Positions 37,706 through 48,842 of a stretch of DNA of 64,000 nucleotides are shown piece by piece. How positions within the stretch are numbered: position 1 is the stretch's first letter; each line of letters opens with the position of its first letter. The stretch is from an uncultured Clostridia bacterium (GTDB taxonomy: Bacteria > Bacillota > Clostridia > Saccharofermentanales > Saccharofermentanaceae). The notes below the pieces were generated by a model. It was given only the letters and a program-made list of their open reading frames with translations. It was not told where the DNA came from and made no database searches. Made by a program: the position numbers and the translations under genes. The DNA is taken from assembly GCA_946403085.1 (NCBI GenBank), contig CAMIYM010000006.1, positions 66,131 to 130,130 on the forward strand. The letters run 5' to 3'.

Positions 37706-40360
37706 TTATTTGCTCAAAACCTCTATTCTATCCGAAAGATTAGCATACATTTCTTCATACTTCGCAAGCTTTGCTCTCTCCTGCTCAACAACTGCAGCGG
37801 GAGCCTTGCTTACAAACGATTCATTGGAGAGCTTGCCGTTAAGACGCTTGATCTCACCATCAAGTTTTGTCTTCTCCTTATCAAGTCTCTCAAGCTCTTT
37901 AGCTATATCAATAAGATCTTCCAAAGGAATGTAGATCTCACCGCCGCCAAATACAGCCTGTACGGCAGTTGAAGGAATACCTTCCTTAGTAGTTCTGGTC
38001 TCAAGGCTGCTTACGGAAGCAAGTCTTTCAAGGAATCCCTCGCCCTGAGTAAACATATCTGCGATCTTATCAGATGAAGTAACGACAATGATATGAGCCT
38101 TTCTGGAAGGTGCAACGTCCATATTCTTACGGACAGCACGGATACCTCTGATAGCATCGATCATGGTGTTCATCATCTCAGCATCTTCTTCGCTGGACAA
38201 TACGTCGGAAGCTTCCGGCCAGTCAGCGATCATGATGGACTCAGCCTTATTTGCTACAACAAGGTTGGAGTATACCTCTTCAGTAATGAAAGGCATGAAA
38301 GGATGAAGGAGCTTCATTGCTTCACCAAGGACATAGTTCAAAAGATAGATTGCATTATCTCTCGTCTTGCAATCCTTATCGTAAAGTCTGCTCTTTGTGA
38401 TCTCGATATACCAGTCGCAGAAGTTATCCCAGAGGAAGTCTACGATCTTGCTCAAAGCAACACCGAACTCATAGCTGTCGATGTTGACTGTAGCTTCAGC
38501 GATAAGATCATGGAGTTCAGAAAGGATCCACTTATCTTCAGTTGTAAAGAGAGATTCATCAGCCTTATCAGGTGTGAAATCATCATCTGTATTCATTACA
38601 ACGAATCTCATGGCATTCCAGATCTTGTTGGAAAGATTACGTCCCATGAGGATCTTATCTTCCTGGAATCTCTGGTCATTACCTGGAGCGTTACCTGTAA
38701 CAAGTGCGAATCTTAAAGCATCACAACCGTTCTGTTCGATTACTTCGAGAGGATCGATACCGTTGCCCAAAGACTTACTCATCTTTCTGCCCTGTGAGTC
38801 TCTTACAAGACCGTGAATAAGAACATCACGGAAAGGAACATCTTTCTTATGAGCAAGACCAGCTACGATCATTCTGGAAACCCAGAATGTGATGATGTCA
38901 TAACCTGTTACGAGCGTATCTGTAGGATAGAACTTAGCAAGATCTTCAGTCTCATTAGGCCAGCCCAGTGTGGAGAAAGGCCAGAGAGCAGATGAGAACC
39001 ATGTATCAAGAGTATCAGGATCCTGACGCATCTCCTTGCCGCACTTAGGGCACTTGCAGGAATCTTCCTTCGTAACTACGAGTTCACCGCAGTCATCACA
39101 GTAGAATGCAGGGATCCTGTGACCCCACCAGAGCTGACGTGAGATACACCAGTCTCTAATATCTTCCATCCAGTTGAAGTAGTTCTTGGAGAATCTTTCA
39201 GGAACGAATCTGATAGAACCGTTTCTTACAGCCTCGATGGCAGGCTTTGCAAGTTCCTCCATCTTAACGAACCACTGGAGTGATACACGGGGCTCAATTG
39301 TAGTACCGCATCTGTAGCAAGTACCGACATTGTGTGAATAGTCCTCGATCTCAGTGAGGAATCCGCCCTCTTCAAGATCCTTTACGATAGCTTCACGGGC
39401 TTCGTATCTGTCCATACCTGCATACTTGGGATAGTCTTCAGTGATCTTTGCATCGGGAGTAAGAACAGTGATTACTTCAAGACCATGACGCTGACCGACT
39501 TCGAAGTCGTTAGGGTCATGAGCAGGAGTGATCTTTACTGCACCAGTACCGAATTCGATATCAACATAATCATCTGCAATTACAGGGATCTTACGACCGA
39601 CAAGAGGCAGAATGAGCATCTTGCCGACAACATCCTTATAACGCTCATCCTTAGGGTTAACAGCTACAGCTGTATCTCCAAGGAGAGTCTCAGGTCTTGT
39701 AGTAGCAAGATCGATATAACCGGAACCATCTTCAAAAGGATATCTTAAATGCCAGAAGTGGCCTGCCTGATCAGCATAATCAACCTCAGCATTGGAGATT
39801 GATGTAAGGCAATGAGGACACCAGTTGATGATCCTCTCACCTCTGTAGATCAAGCCCTGGTTATAGTACTTAACGAAAACTTCCTTAACTGCATCAGAGC
39901 ATCCCTCATCCATTGTGAAACGCTCATGATCCCAATCACATGAAGAACCGATCTTCTTAAGCTGTTCGACGATCCTTCCACCATACTGCTCTTTCCATGC
40001 CCATGCTCTCTCAAGGAACTTGTCACGGCCTAAGTCATCCTTAGTGATGCCTTCCTTACGCATCTGCTCAACGATCTTTGCCTCAGTAGCAATAGATGCA
40101 TGGTCAGTACCCGGAACCCAGAGAGTCTCATAGCCTGCCATTCTCTTATATCTTGTGAGGGTATCCTGGAGTGTATTATCCAGAGCGTGGCCCATATGGA
40201 GCTGACCCGTAATGTTCGGCGGAGGCATAACGATAGAAAACTTCTTTCCTGTCTTGCCTGCCTTGGGCTTAAAGTAACCACTGCTCATCCACTTACCGTA
40301 AAGCCTGTTTTCTGCTTCATTCGGATCAAAAGCTTTACTGATAGAATCAATTCTTGCCAT
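37706..40360 (-). CDS. valS: valine--tRNA ligase
   Basis: 884 aa with PPPNITGQLHMGHA (HIGH), KMSKSLGN and a C-terminal coiled coil. Confidence 0.95.
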   Translation of the reverse strand: MARIDSISKAFDPNEAENRLYGKWMSSGYFKPKAGKTGKKFSIVMPPPNITGQLHMGHALDNTLQDTLTRYKRMAGYETLWVPGTDHASIATEAKIVEQMRKEGITKDDLGRDKFLERAWAWKEQYGGRIVEQLKKIGSSCDWDHERFTMDEGCSDAVKEVFVKYYNQGLIYRGERIINWCPHCLTSISNAEVDYADQAGHFWHLRYPFEDGSGYIDLATTRPETLLGDTAVAVNPKDERYKDVVGKMLILPLVGRKIPVIADDYVDIEFGTGAVKITPAHDPNDFEVGQRHGLEVITVLTPDAKITEDYPKYAGMDRYEAREAIVKDLEEGGFLTEIEDYSHNVGTCYRCGTTIEPRVSLQWFVKMEELAKPAIEAVRNGSIRFVPERFSKNYFNWMEDIRDWCISRQLWWGHRIPAFYCDDCGELVVTKEDSCKCPKCGKEMRQDPDTLDTWFSSALWPFSTLGWPNETEDLAKFYPTDTLVTGYDIITFWVSRMIVAGLAHKKDVPFRDVLIHGLVRDSQGRKMSKSLGNGIDPLEVIEQNGCDALRFALVTGNAPGNDQRFQEDKILMGRNLSNKIWNAMRFVVMNTDDDFTPDKADESLFTTEDKWILSELHDLIAEATVNIDSYEFGVALSKIVDFLWDNFCDWYIEITKSRLYDKDCKTRDNAIYLLNYVLGEAMKLLHPFMPFITEEVYSNLVVANKAESIMIADWPEASDVLSSEEDAEMMNTMIDAIRGIRAVRKNMDVAPSRKAHIIVVTSSDKIADMFTQGEGFLERLASVSSLETRTTKEGIPSTAVQAVFGGGEIYIPLEDLIDIAKELERLDKEKTKLDGEIKRLNGKLSNESFVSKAPAAVVEQERAKLAKYEEMYANLSDRIEVLSK

Positions 40361-40383
40361 AATTAAATCTGATATCCTCTCTC

Positions 40384-41340
40384 TTACTTCTTAATCATAG
40401 AAAGAGCACCATAGAGAATGGAATCATCTCCTAATGCAGCTTTCTTGAATTCAACTGTTTCTCTGATCGAAGGCATGCAGTATCTGTCTACTTCAGACAA
40501 GATCTTCTCGATGAAGATGTCACCTACTGCTTCGATAACTCCGCCGCCATATACTACGATATCCGGGCTGAATGTATTAACGAGATTGCCGGAAGCGATC
40601 GCCAGATAATGACATGCGCGGTTCACGGCTTCACGTGCAACGGCATCGCCGTCTGCAAGAGCATTCTTAAGTGCCTTTGACTTGAAGACGCCATTCTCGA
40701 CTGCTTCAGCCATGGAAGACTTTCTGCCTCTTGATACCTGCTGTCTGATATATGAAGACATTCCCTGTTTGCTTGAGAAAGCTTCAAGACAGCCTCTCTG
40801 TCCGCAATTGCACAAAGGGCCTTCGGGATCAAGGATCATGTGGCCATACTCTGCAGCCTTGAACTTATTGCCGGTGAAAAGCTCACCATTAAGAATAAGA
40901 CCACCGCCCATTCCTGTTCCTACGAAAAGACCTACTACATTCTTGTAGCCCTTGGCAGCACCGAATTTATACTCACCCAGGACTCCGACATTTACATCGT
41001 TGCCGATATAGAAGGGGCAACCGAATTCGTCCTCAATGGGCTTTCTGATGTTGTAATTTCTCCAGGGAAGATTGGGCGAGAAAAGAACTACGCCTGTCTC
41101 CTGGTTGATAACGCCGGGCGCACCGGCAGCTATAGCGTGAATATCGCTCTTCTTAATACCGGAGGTGTTGATAAGCTCTTTAACGACGTTGATGATAACT
41201 TCTTCAACATTCTCTGAAGAATCTCCGCCGGCCTTGGTCTTCTTTTTAAGTCTGTAGACGATTTCTTTCTTGGAATTGAAGACAACACCAAGCACCTTGG
41301 TTCCGCCGATATCCAGACAAAGATTATATGATTCTGCCAT
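40384..41340 (-). CDS. glcK: ROK family glucokinase
   Basis: Contains DIGGTK at the N-terminus, the ROK signature GNDVNVG..GEY and the zinc motif GHMILDPEGPLCNCGQRGCLE. Confidence 0.8.
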   Translation of the reverse strand: MAESYNLCLDIGGTKVLGVVFNSKKEIVYRLKKKTKAGGDSSENVEEVIINVVKELINTSGIKKSDIHAIAAGAPGVINQETGVVLFSPNLPWRNYNIRKPIEDEFGCPFYIGNDVNVGVLGEYKFGAAKGYKNVVGLFVGTGMGGGLILNGELFTGNKFKAAEYGHMILDPEGPLCNCGQRGCLEAFSSKQGMSSYIRQQVSRGRKSSMAEAVENGVFKSKALKNALADGDAVAREAVNRACHYLAIASGNLVNTFSPDIVVYGGGVIEAVGDIFIEKILSEVDRYCMPSIRETVEFKKAALGDDSILYGALSMIKK

Positions 41341-41385
41341 TGCTTATTCCCTCCTCGTAATTAATGATTTTGTTTGTTCTTCTGT

Positions 41386-42711
41386 TCAGCTGACACCCAA
41401 TGCAGTTCCTGTAGCGGATGATTCACCGAACCCTTTTTCCTGAGTTCCGTTCTTATAAATGAGAACAGGCTGTTTACCGTCAACGATGGTCTCTTTCTTG
41501 ATAATGCACTCCTTAACATCCTTCTCGGAAGGAATGTTATACATGACATCTCTCATTGCACTTTCGATGATGGATCTCAGTCCTCTTGCACCGGTGTTCT
41601 GCTCAATTGCCCTGTCTGCAATAGCTCTGATAGCATCCTGCTCGAAAATAAGATCAACATCGTCCATCTTAAGCATCTTCTGATACTGCTTGATGATCGC
41701 ATTCTTAGGTTCTGTAAGGACTTTAACAAGTGCATCTGCATCAAGCTTATCAAGTGCGACTGTAACAGGAAGACGTCCGATGAATTCAGGAATAAGACCG
41801 AACTTCATAAGATCGTCAGGCTTCACATCGTGGAAATAGAAGCCGCTGTTACGGTCTTTCTTGGACTGTACCTCAGCACCGAAGCCGTACTGCTTCTGCT
41901 CAACACGCTGTGCAATGATCTCATCAAGGCCGTCAAATGCACCGCCGACGATGAAGAGGATATTAGTTGTATCGATCTTGATGCACTCTTCATTAGGATG
42001 CTTTCTTCCGCCCTTGGGAGGAACATTAGCGATCGTGCTCTCAAGGATCTTAAGAAGTGCCTGCTGAACGCCTTCACCGCTTACGTCACGTGTAATAGAG
42101 ACATTCTCAGACTTCTTGGTGATCTTATCGATCTCGTCGATATATACGATACCTGTCTGCGCACGCTCAATATCATAATCAGCTGCGATGATGAGCTTCA
42201 AGAGGATATTCTCAACGTCTTCACCGACATAACCTGCCTGTGTAAGGCTTGTGGCATCAGCTACTGCAAAAGGAACATTGAGGATCCTTGCAAGAGTCTG
42301 TGCAAGGAGAGTCTTACCGGAACCTGTAGGTCCGAGAAGGAGAATATTACTCTTGGAGATCTCCGTGTCATCAGCGGGAAGATCTGAATAAACTCTCTTA
42401 TAGTGGTTGTAAACAGCAACAGAAAGAGCGATCTTAGCTTCATCCTGACCGATTACATACCAGTCGAGCTTCTCCTTGATCTCATGAGGAGTTACAAGCT
42501 TCTTAGGCTTGATGCTGCGCATCTTGCGCTTCTTGTTGACCTTCTCTTCCTCTGCAACGATTCCATAAGCCGTACGGATACAGTCGATGCAGATATAGCA
42601 GTTAACTCCCGAGAAAAGTCTGGGTACCTCATATTCGGATTTACCGCAGAAAGAACAACTCAAGACTTCTCTTGAATCACCGCCGTAATTGCCGTTCTTA
42701 GAATTAGCCAT
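41386..42711 (-). CDS. clpX: ATP-dependent Clp protease ATP-binding subunit ClpX
   Basis: The N-terminal zinc module is CSFCGK..CYICIDC. Walker A is GPTGSGKT, Walker [10 protein letters not shown], and the IGF-type loop reads GFGAE. No clpP or tig lies adjacent. Confidence 0.92.
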   Translation of the reverse strand: MANSKNGNYGGDSREVLSCSFCGKSEYEVPRLFSGVNCYICIDCIRTAYGIVAEEEKVNKKRKMRSIKPKKLVTPHEIKEKLDWYVIGQDEAKIALSVAVYNHYKRVYSDLPADDTEISKSNILLLGPTGSGKTLLAQTLARILNVPFAVADATSLTQAGYVGEDVENILLKLIIAADYDIERAQTGIVYIDEIDKITKKSENVSITRDVSGEGVQQALLKILESTIANVPPKGGRKHPNEECIKIDTTNILFIVGGAFDGLDEIIAQRVEQKQYGFGAEVQSKKDRNSGFYFHDVKPDDLMKFGLIPEFIGRLPVTVALDKLDADALVKVLTEPKNAIIKQYQKMLKMDDVDLIFEQDAIRAIADRAIEQNTGARGLRSIIESAMRDVMYNIPSEKDVKECIIKKETIVDGKQPVLIYKNGTQEKGFGESSATGTALGVS

Positions 42712-42839
42712 TAAAAATCTCCTAAAAAATCGATATTTTTAGTCATGATATTTTATCACTACCTAGCATTTTAACAAATAATAAATATATAAATATTTCA
42801 AAATAGTGATAATTTAGGCTCAAATAAGATAAATAAGCG

Positions 42840-43286
42840 TTAAATGGCCGCAGAATCAAGAATTACGGTAAAAGGACCGTCATTGATAAGGCTGACCTGC
42901 ATATCAGCGCCAAAAACGCCAAGACCTAAGCTCTTCACCTGCGGTCTGATCTTTTCGGCGACATAATCGTAGAGTTCCTCTGCTCTCTGAGGAGGCATGC
43001 TGTCAGTAAAAGAAGGCCTGTTTCCGTGCTTGCAGTCCGCGTATAAAGTAAACTGTGATACGAGGAGCATCTCCCCTTCAATGTCAGACAGGCTTAAGTT
43101 GGTCTTTCCGTTTTCATCTTCAAATATGCGGAGCTTTAAGAGCTTGGCGATCATCTTATCAGCAACAGTCTCATCATCGTCCTTGCCTACTCCAAGAAGA
43201 ACGAGCATACCGCGTCCTATAGACGCTTTTCTGACGCCTTCTATATCAACAGAAGCCTGCTTAACAACCTGAACACATAAACGCAT
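42840..43286 (-). CDS. dtd: D-aminoacyl-tRNA deacylase
   Basis: 148 aa with VSQFTLYAD, GNRPSF and NDGPFT motifs. Confidence 0.9.
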   Translation of the reverse strand: MRLCVQVVKQASVDIEGVRKASIGRGMLVLLGVGKDDDETVADKMIAKLLKLRIFEDENGKTNLSLSDIEGEMLLVSQFTLYADCKHGNRPSFTDSMPPQRAEELYDYVAEKIRPQVKSLGLGVFGADMQVSLINDGPFTVILDSAAI

Positions 43287-43289
43287 AGA

Positions 43290-43835
43290 TCAGAACTTCA
43301 TCTTTCCGTCATAAGACTCAAGCATGTACCACTTGCCGCCTGTCTTATAGACAACATAATAAAAATCGGAGTTTGCAGTCTCTTCACCGTTCTTAAAGAA
43401 TACGGTTATCTTCTGGAGCTGTATCTGCTCAATGTCCGAGTAGTTTAAGCCGGTCAGGAAGCTGATTCCCGAACGCATGCTTGCAGCATCAAAGCCGTTC
43501 TCAACGGTATACTCCCTGTAATCGTTAGATGCCGTACCTGTAACGGTAGCACTGATGCTCGTAAGCGATGTCTTGTACTCTTCAAATACATTCTTGCCTG
43601 ACTTCTTCTCGATCCTGTCGATAAAACCGTCGAGATAGCATCTTACAAAGAGCTCTCTGTTATTTGAAAAGATCGATTCGAGGTAAGCCCTGGCAACATA
43701 ACGTCCATCTGTATTAACCTGTTCCAACGTAACAGGCTCTTCCGGTTTGTCGATATCCTTGATCTTCTTCGAACATCCGGGAACACAAATAAATATAAGC
43801 ACCAATGAGATGATCAGTGCAAAAGCTTTTCTCAT
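43290..43835 (-). CDS. hypothetical lipoprotein
   Basis: Signal peptide and lipobox: MRKAFALIISLVLIFICVPGC. It is packed between rarA and dtd with 1-3 nt gaps. Confidence 0.5.
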   Translation of the reverse strand: MRKAFALIISLVLIFICVPGCSKKIKDIDKPEEPVTLEQVNTDGRYVARAYLESIFSNNRELFVRCYLDGFIDRIEKKSGKNVFEEYKTSLTSISATVTGTASNDYREYTVENGFDAASMRSGISFLTGLNYSDIEQIQLQKITVFFKNGEETANSDFYYVVYKTGGKWYMLESYDGKMKF

Positions 43836-43836
43836 A

Positions 43837-45135
43837 TTATTCCTCCTGACCGGTCATCTTCTTAACGTAATCAAGGTATTCCTTCACCTTGCGTTCGTAT
43901 CCGATATCCGTAGGTTCATAGTATTTCTTATCGATAGTCTTATCTGTCATATACTGCTGTCTGGTAACATGTCCCGGGAAATCGTGCGGATACTTGTAAC
44001 CGACATGATATCCAAGGTCTTCCATGCCCTTGGCAGGCGCATTACGCAAATGCATCGGGACAACACCCGTATCGGATGTGTTAACGTCGTGAAGAGCCGC
44101 ATCGATCGCAAGATAAGACGCATTAGACTTAGGTGAAGTAGCCACAGTTACGGCAGCTTCGGCCAAAGGTATCCTTGCTTCAGGCATACCGACTGCCCTG
44201 GCACATTCATAAGCGGCTACAGCTACAAGAAGAGCATTGGGATTAGCCATGCCGACATCTTCAGCAGCACAGATCATGATCCTCCTGGCTAGGAATTCAA
44301 TATCTTCACCAGCAGCAAGCGCTCTGGCAAGATACAGGACAGCTGCATCAGGATCAGAGCCTCTCATGGACTTGATCATGGCACTGATATTGTCGTAATG
44401 GTATTCGCCATCCTTATCGAAAAGAACGGTCTTAGTCTGGATGCACTCCTTCATAACCTCGTCAGTAATGACAATAGAGCCGTCTGCCGAAGGCGGGGTG
44501 GTAATTACTGCAAGTTCAAGGCTGTTAAGGGATGATCTGGCATCACCGTTAGATGTCTCTGCGATCTTAAGAAGCGTTCCGTCCGAGATCTTGATATCCA
44601 TCGAACCAAAGCCGCGTTCTTTGTCATTAAGCGCGTTCTTAAGTACCTTTACTATATCACCTGCCTCAAGAGGCTTTAACTGGCAAACTGTAGATCTTGA
44701 TACGAGAGCTTTATTTACTTCAAAGAAAGGATTCTCAGTCGTCGCGCCGATCAATACGACCGTGCCGTCCTCTACATACGGCAAAAGCGCATCCTGCTGG
44801 AGCTTATTGAATCTGTGGATCTCATCAATAAAGAGAACCGTCTTACGACCTTCAGACAGCAGCGGATTAGCCGCATCTGAAACTATCTTCTTAATGTCGG
44901 ACACGCCTGCAGTAACCGCATTCAGCTGTTCGAATCTGGAACTGGTCGTATTGGCTATAACACGGGCAAGAGCCGTTTTGCCGACTCCCGGAGGGCCGAA
45001 CAAAATAATCGAGGACAGACGGTCTGCCTCGATCATTCGTCTGAGCATCTTACCTTTTCCGATAATATGCTCCTGCCCCGCATACTCATCAAGAGTCATG
45101 GGAGACATTCTGTAAGCAAGCGGTTTATTATCCAT
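43837..45135 (-). CDS. rarA: replication-associated recombination protein A (AAA+ ATPase)
   Basis: Walker A is GPPGVGKTA and Walker B FIDEIHRFNK. The C-terminal MgsA domain has RGSDPDAA.YL and MPMHLRNAP. Confidence 0.9.
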   Translation of the reverse strand: MDNKPLAYRMSPMTLDEYAGQEHIIGKGKMLRRMIEADRLSSIILFGPPGVGKTALARVIANTTSSRFEQLNAVTAGVSDIKKIVSDAANPLLSEGRKTVLFIDEIHRFNKLQQDALLPYVEDGTVVLIGATTENPFFEVNKALVSRSTVCQLKPLEAGDIVKVLKNALNDKERGFGSMDIKISDGTLLKIAETSNGDARSSLNSLELAVITTPPSADGSIVITDEVMKECIQTKTVLFDKDGEYHYDNISAMIKSMRGSDPDAAVLYLARALAAGEDIEFLARRIMICAAEDVGMANPNALLVAVAAYECARAVGMPEARIPLAEAAVTVATSPKSNASYLAIDAALHDVNTSDTGVVPMHLRNAPAKGMEDLGYHVGYKYPHDFPGHVTRQQYMTDKTIDKKYYEPTDIGYERKVKEYLDYVKKMTGQEE

Positions 45136-45170
45136 AAACTCCTACGCTTGGGGTATTAGCCCAAAGCTGA

Positions 45171-46412
45171 TCAAACGATATCAGGATATACGGGATACTT
45201 ATCTGTGAGAGCCTTAACTCTCTTGATAGATTCTTCCTTCTTGTTATCGTAATCGAAGATGCAGTCAGCAATGATGTTTGCAACTTCGATGAAGTCATCT
45301 TCCTTGAATCCTCTTGCTGTAGCAGCAGGTGTACCGATACGTACGCCGGATGTTACTGTCGGCTTCTCAGGATCGAAAGGAATAGTATTCTTATTTGCTG
45401 TGATGTTTACATCATCAAGACGCTCCTGGAGCATAGCACCTGTAACGCCTGTACCTCTCAAGTCAATGAGCATGAGGTGGTTATCTGTACCGCCTGAAAC
45501 GAGGTTTACGCCTCTAGCAAGGAGTGCCTCGCTCATAGCCTTTGCATTCTTAACGATCTGCTCTGCATAGCTTCTAAATTCAGGTGAAAGAGCTTCCTTG
45601 AAAGCAACTGCCTTAGCAGCGATGATATGCATGAGAGGGCCGCCCTGCTGGCCGGGGAATACTGCAGAATTGATCTTCTTAGCGTATTCTTCCTTGCACA
45701 TGATGATACCGCCACGGGGACCTCTAAGTGTCTTGTGTGTTGTTGTAGTTACAAAGTCTGCATACGGAACCGGATTCGGGTGAAGTCCTGCTGCAACGAG
45801 GCCTGCGATGTGAGCCATATCTACAAAGAGGTAAGCGCCAACTTCGTCTGCGATCTCTCTGAACTTCTTGAAGTCAATGATCCTGGGGTATGCGGAAGCA
45901 CCTGCTACGATAACCTTAGGCTTGCACTCGAGTGCCTTTGCACGGATTGCATCATAATCGAGCATCTGTGTCTTCTCATCAACCTGATAGAACTCGGAAT
46001 GATATGTTCTTCCGGATACGTTGATCTTCATACCGTGTGTAAGGTGACCACCGTGTGAAAGGTCAAGACCGAGAATAGTATCTCCGGGTTCAAGAATTGC
46101 AAAATATACGGCTGTATTAGCCTGAGCGCCTGAATGAGGCTGTACATTTACATGCTCTGCGCCGAAAAGCTGCTTAGCTCTGTCGATAGCGAGCTGCTCA
46201 ACGATATCCACATACTCACATCCGCCGTAATAACGCTTTCCCGGGTAACCCTCTGCATACTTGTTTGTGAGAGGTGAACCTGCAGCTTCAAGAACTGCCT
46301 CGGAAACCATGTTCTCAGATGCGATAAGCTCGATCTTGCTTCTCTGACGTCCGATTTCCTGCATTATTGCAGAATAGACTTCAGAATCCTCAGCCTTAAT
46401 GTGGTCGTACAT
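45171..46412 (-). CDS. glyA: serine hydroxymethyltransferase
   Basis: Contains [19 protein letters not shown] and [14 protein letters not shown] (the PLP lysine). Confidence 0.95.
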   Translation of the reverse strand: MYDHIKAEDSEVYSAIMQEIGRQRSKIELIASENMVSEAVLEAAGSPLTNKYAEGYPGKRYYGGCEYVDIVEQLAIDRAKQLFGAEHVNVQPHSGAQANTAVYFAILEPGDTILGLDLSHGGHLTHGMKINVSGRTYHSEFYQVDEKTQMLDYDAIRAKALECKPKVIVAGASAYPRIIDFKKFREIADEVGAYLFVDMAHIAGLVAAGLHPNPVPYADFVTTTTHKTLRGPRGGIIMCKEEYAKKINSAVFPGQQGGPLMHIIAAKAVAFKEALSPEFRSYAEQIVKNAKAMSEALLARGVNLVSGGTDNHLMLIDLRGTGVTGAMLQERLDDVNITANKNTIPFDPEKPTVTSGVRIGTPAATARGFKEDDFIEVANIIADCIFDYDNKKEESIKRVKALTDKYPVYPDIV

Positions 46413-46451
46413 ATATAATCCTCCTTCAAGGGGTAGTAATCAACGCGTAAT

Positions 46452-46480
46452 ATTTTATTATAAGGGTCAAGTTCAATCAA
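46452..46480 (-). promoter_or_regulatory. candidate promoter for glyA
   Basis: The minus strand reads TTGATT, a 17-nt spacer, then TAAAAT. It lies about 40 nt upstream of the glyA ATG, which has a GAAGGAGGA RBS. Confidence 0.35.
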
Positions 46481-46570
46481 GCCGAAAAAGGATATAAAGA
46501 AGTATATTTCGTGCATAGATTTTATCTATGTTTCAGCTTGGTTTTTCGGTAAAAAATCACCTGAGTTTCT

Positions 46571-47599
46571 TCAGATCTTGTATATCTCATCTGCAGAAGG
46601 TGCCGGCATAGGTCTGGTAATGCCATCAAGACCTATTGTCTTGGCGCCTTCAGAGGCTTCAGTGAATTCACCGATCACAGTAGCTCTTATGCCCTGCTCT
46701 TCCAAAGCCTTTATGACCTTATCAGGCTCAGGCGAAGCGATCATGAGCGCGCCTGAAGATATAAGCCTGAAAGGATCGAGCTTAAGAGCATCACAAATGG
46801 CCTTTGAGCAGTCAGTAAAAGGAACCAGGCGCTGATCGAGCGTAACACCTGTCTTCGAGAAATCTGCCATCTCAAAAGCAGCACCCTCTACTCCGCCCTC
46901 GGTTACATCGTGCATAAGATTAACGCAGGATCTCGGGAATCCTTCAAATGTAGATGAAGTATCCGATGAAGGCAAAGGACCCAGAATTGTGCCCTCCTTA
47001 ACAACGGAGATCAGTTCGCCATAAGTCTTTGCCTCTTCAATATATTCATCCGGGATCTTCCCAGCGAGCTTATCGCTATGCTCATTGGCTGCAATAAAAC
47101 TGCCTTCAATGGCGGCAGTCTTAGTAATGATCAACTTGTCACCGGGCTTTGCATGTCCCAAAGGAACAGGCGTACCCTTTTCGACGACACCGAATGCCGT
47201 CGATATGACCACAAATCTGTTCACACAGTCAGAAACTTCCGTATGACCGCCGACGATATCAACACCGAGTTTTCCTGCCTCACGGCTCGCCTGGTCGACA
47301 ATAGATACGATCTCATCCTCTGTTGCCGAAGGCGGTGCAATTATAACGATAAGGATACCTGTAGGCTGTATGCCGCAGGCGGCAATATCGTTGCATGATA
47401 CATGAATAGCTAGAGTACCGGATTCGCTTCCTCCGGCGGTGATAGGATCAGATGAAGTAACGAGAAGATTCTCACCGGTCTTGAGCCATGCACAGTCAGC
47501 ACCGATTCCGGCACCGGATAATGTCTTGCTGGATAATTGGGGCAGCCTCGACAGGACAAGAGATTCAAGCTGCTCGTCTGTTAATTTTCCGATTCTCAA
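46571..47599 (-). CDS. AIR synthase-related (PurM/ThiL/HypE-fold) protein of unknown specific function
   Basis: The N-terminal domain has GADCAW..SSDP and NDIAACG. The second domain has GGHTE. The overall two-domain layout matches the PurM superfamily. Confidence 0.65.
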   Translation of the reverse strand: MRIGKLTDEQLESLVLSRLPQLSSKTLSGAGIGADCAWLKTGENLLVTSSDPITAGGSESGTLAIHVSCNDIAACGIQPTGILIVIIAPPSATEDEIVSIVDQASREAGKLGVDIVGGHTEVSDCVNRFVVISTAFGVVEKGTPVPLGHAKPGDKLIITKTAAIEGSFIAANEHSDKLAGKIPDEYIEEAKTYGELISVVKEGTILGPLPSSDTSSTFEGFPRSCVNLMHDVTEGGVEGAAFEMADFSKTGVTLDQRLVPFTDCSKAICDALKLDPFRLISSGALMIASPEPDKVIKALEEQGIRATVIGEFTEASEGAKTIGLDGITRPMPAPSADEIYKI

Positions 47600-47626
47600 A
47601 ACTGCCTTCCCTTCTCCTTTCCAGTA

Positions 47627-48832
47627 TTAATCGAAAGGATTGATAACAATATCTTCTGTTCCCAATACGCCTGCTTCAACAAGCGATTCGATATCAAGGT
47701 CTTTTTCCGCCTCGATTATATCCTCAGGATGAGGATGTGTCTTGGGGTGCTTTGCGACAAATACTGTGCAGCAGTCTTCGTAAGGAAGGATCGAAGTCTC
47801 AAAAGCACCGATATCTCTTGAGATATCACATGTAGCCTGCTTGTCCATACCGATAAGAGGTCTTAAGATCGGCATCTTAACCACTTCATTGGTAGCGGCA
47901 ATAGCTTCCATTGTCTGTGATGCGACCTGTCCTAAGCTCTCACCCGTGATTAGGCACTTGCAGTCATTCTTCTGCGCAAGACGCTCTGCGATCTGGAGCA
48001 TAACACGGCGCATTGTAACTGTAAGCATATCTTGAGGCGAATGCTTGTAAAGGTCCAGCTGGATCTGGGTGAAATTAACGATATGAAGTGTCATACGGCC
48101 CGAATAGCCGGAAACGATCTTAGCAAGATCGATTACCTTCTGCTTGGCAAGATCACTCGTATAAGGATAAGAATGGAAATATACGGCATCGAGAGGCATT
48201 CCGCGGGAAGCCATCATGAAACCAGCGACCGGGCTGTCGATACCGCCTGATAAAAGGAGCATACCCTTTGCACATGTTCCGACAGGAAGACCTCTGTGGG
48301 CCATCATCTTACCTGAATAGATGTAATTGGATTCACGGATCTCGACATTAAGGATAAAGTCAGGATTCTTAACCTTTACGGTAAGTTCAGGATACTTCTG
48401 AAGGATCTGATAGCCGAGTTCTTCACAGATCTCAGGTGATGTCATCGGGAATGTCTTGTTGCCGCGCTTGCTCTCGACCTTAAATGTCTTAAGGTCAGGA
48501 TTACGGGCAAGAAGTTCATCAACGCAGATGAATGCATTCTCCTTAACAGATTCAAAATCACCTTCGAACTTTCTGGCAAGGCTTACGGATACAATACCGA
48601 AAACCTGGCAGACAGCCTTCATTATGTCTTCTGCTGCAGCCATGCTCTGGAAGTTCGGGTTATCCTCCTCCTTGGGTTCGATCCAGATCCTGCTCTGGCT
48701 CTGATAGATCTTAAGATCACCGAACTTTTTAAGTCTGTACTTAAGATTCATCTTGAGCTGGATCTCAAAAGAACCTCTGTTAAGGCCTTTAAGAGTTATC
48801 TCACCCATTCTTGCCAAAAGGACATTAGCCAT
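47627..48832 (-). CDS. thiI: tRNA 4-thiouridine(8) synthase ThiI (no rhodanese domain)
   Basis: A THUMP-type N-terminus (RMGEITLKG) is followed by the PP-loop LLSGGIDSPVA. Confidence 0.88.
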   Translation of the reverse strand: MANVLLARMGEITLKGLNRGSFEIQLKMNLKYRLKKFGDLKIYQSQSRIWIEPKEEDNPNFQSMAAAEDIMKAVCQVFGIVSVSLARKFEGDFESVKENAFICVDELLARNPDLKTFKVESKRGNKTFPMTSPEICEELGYQILQKYPELTVKVKNPDFILNVEIRESNYIYSGKMMAHRGLPVGTCAKGMLLLSGGIDSPVAGFMMASRGMPLDAVYFHSYPYTSDLAKQKVIDLAKIVSGYSGRMTLHIVNFTQIQLDLYKHSPQDMLTVTMRRVMLQIAERLAQKNDCKCLITGESLGQVASQTMEAIAATNEVVKMPILRPLIGMDKQATCDISRDIGAFETSILPYEDCCTVFVAKHPKTHPHPEDIIEAEKDLDIESLVEAGVLGTEDIVINPFD

Positions 48833-48842
48833 ATCTGTCTCC

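Noticed and set aside
42754-42811. The inverted repeat TATCACTA-N42-TAGTGATA in the AT-rich region upstream of clpX. I considered it as a CtsR or HrcA operator.
   Set aside because: There is no GGTCAAA direct repeat (CtsR box) and no CIRCE (TTAGCACTC-N9-GAGTGCTAA). The arms are short and the sequence is AT-rich, so a chance occurrence is likely.
44441-45115. Long + strand ORFs in the track: this 224-aa ORF, plus 9918..10580, 38093..38716, 41830..42387, 16220..16783, 20912..21442, 27933..28448, 5182..5667 and 58380..58841.
   Set aside because: Each lies entirely antisense within a strongly recognisable minus-strand gene (rarA, rseP, valS, clpX, rpsB, ispH, ileS, polC, GH10). Their translations are Ser/Leu/Ile/Cys-rich with no motifs and no RBS. 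They are shadow ORFs.
46482-46551. The CCGAAAAA ... TTTTTCGG inverted repeat with an inner CATAG/CTATG hairpin, between the PurM-like gene and glyA. I considered it as a terminator or riboswitch.
   Set aside because: The stems are AU-rich and short, the loop is long (~50 nt), and I recognise no known riboswitch core. The support is too weak to annotate.
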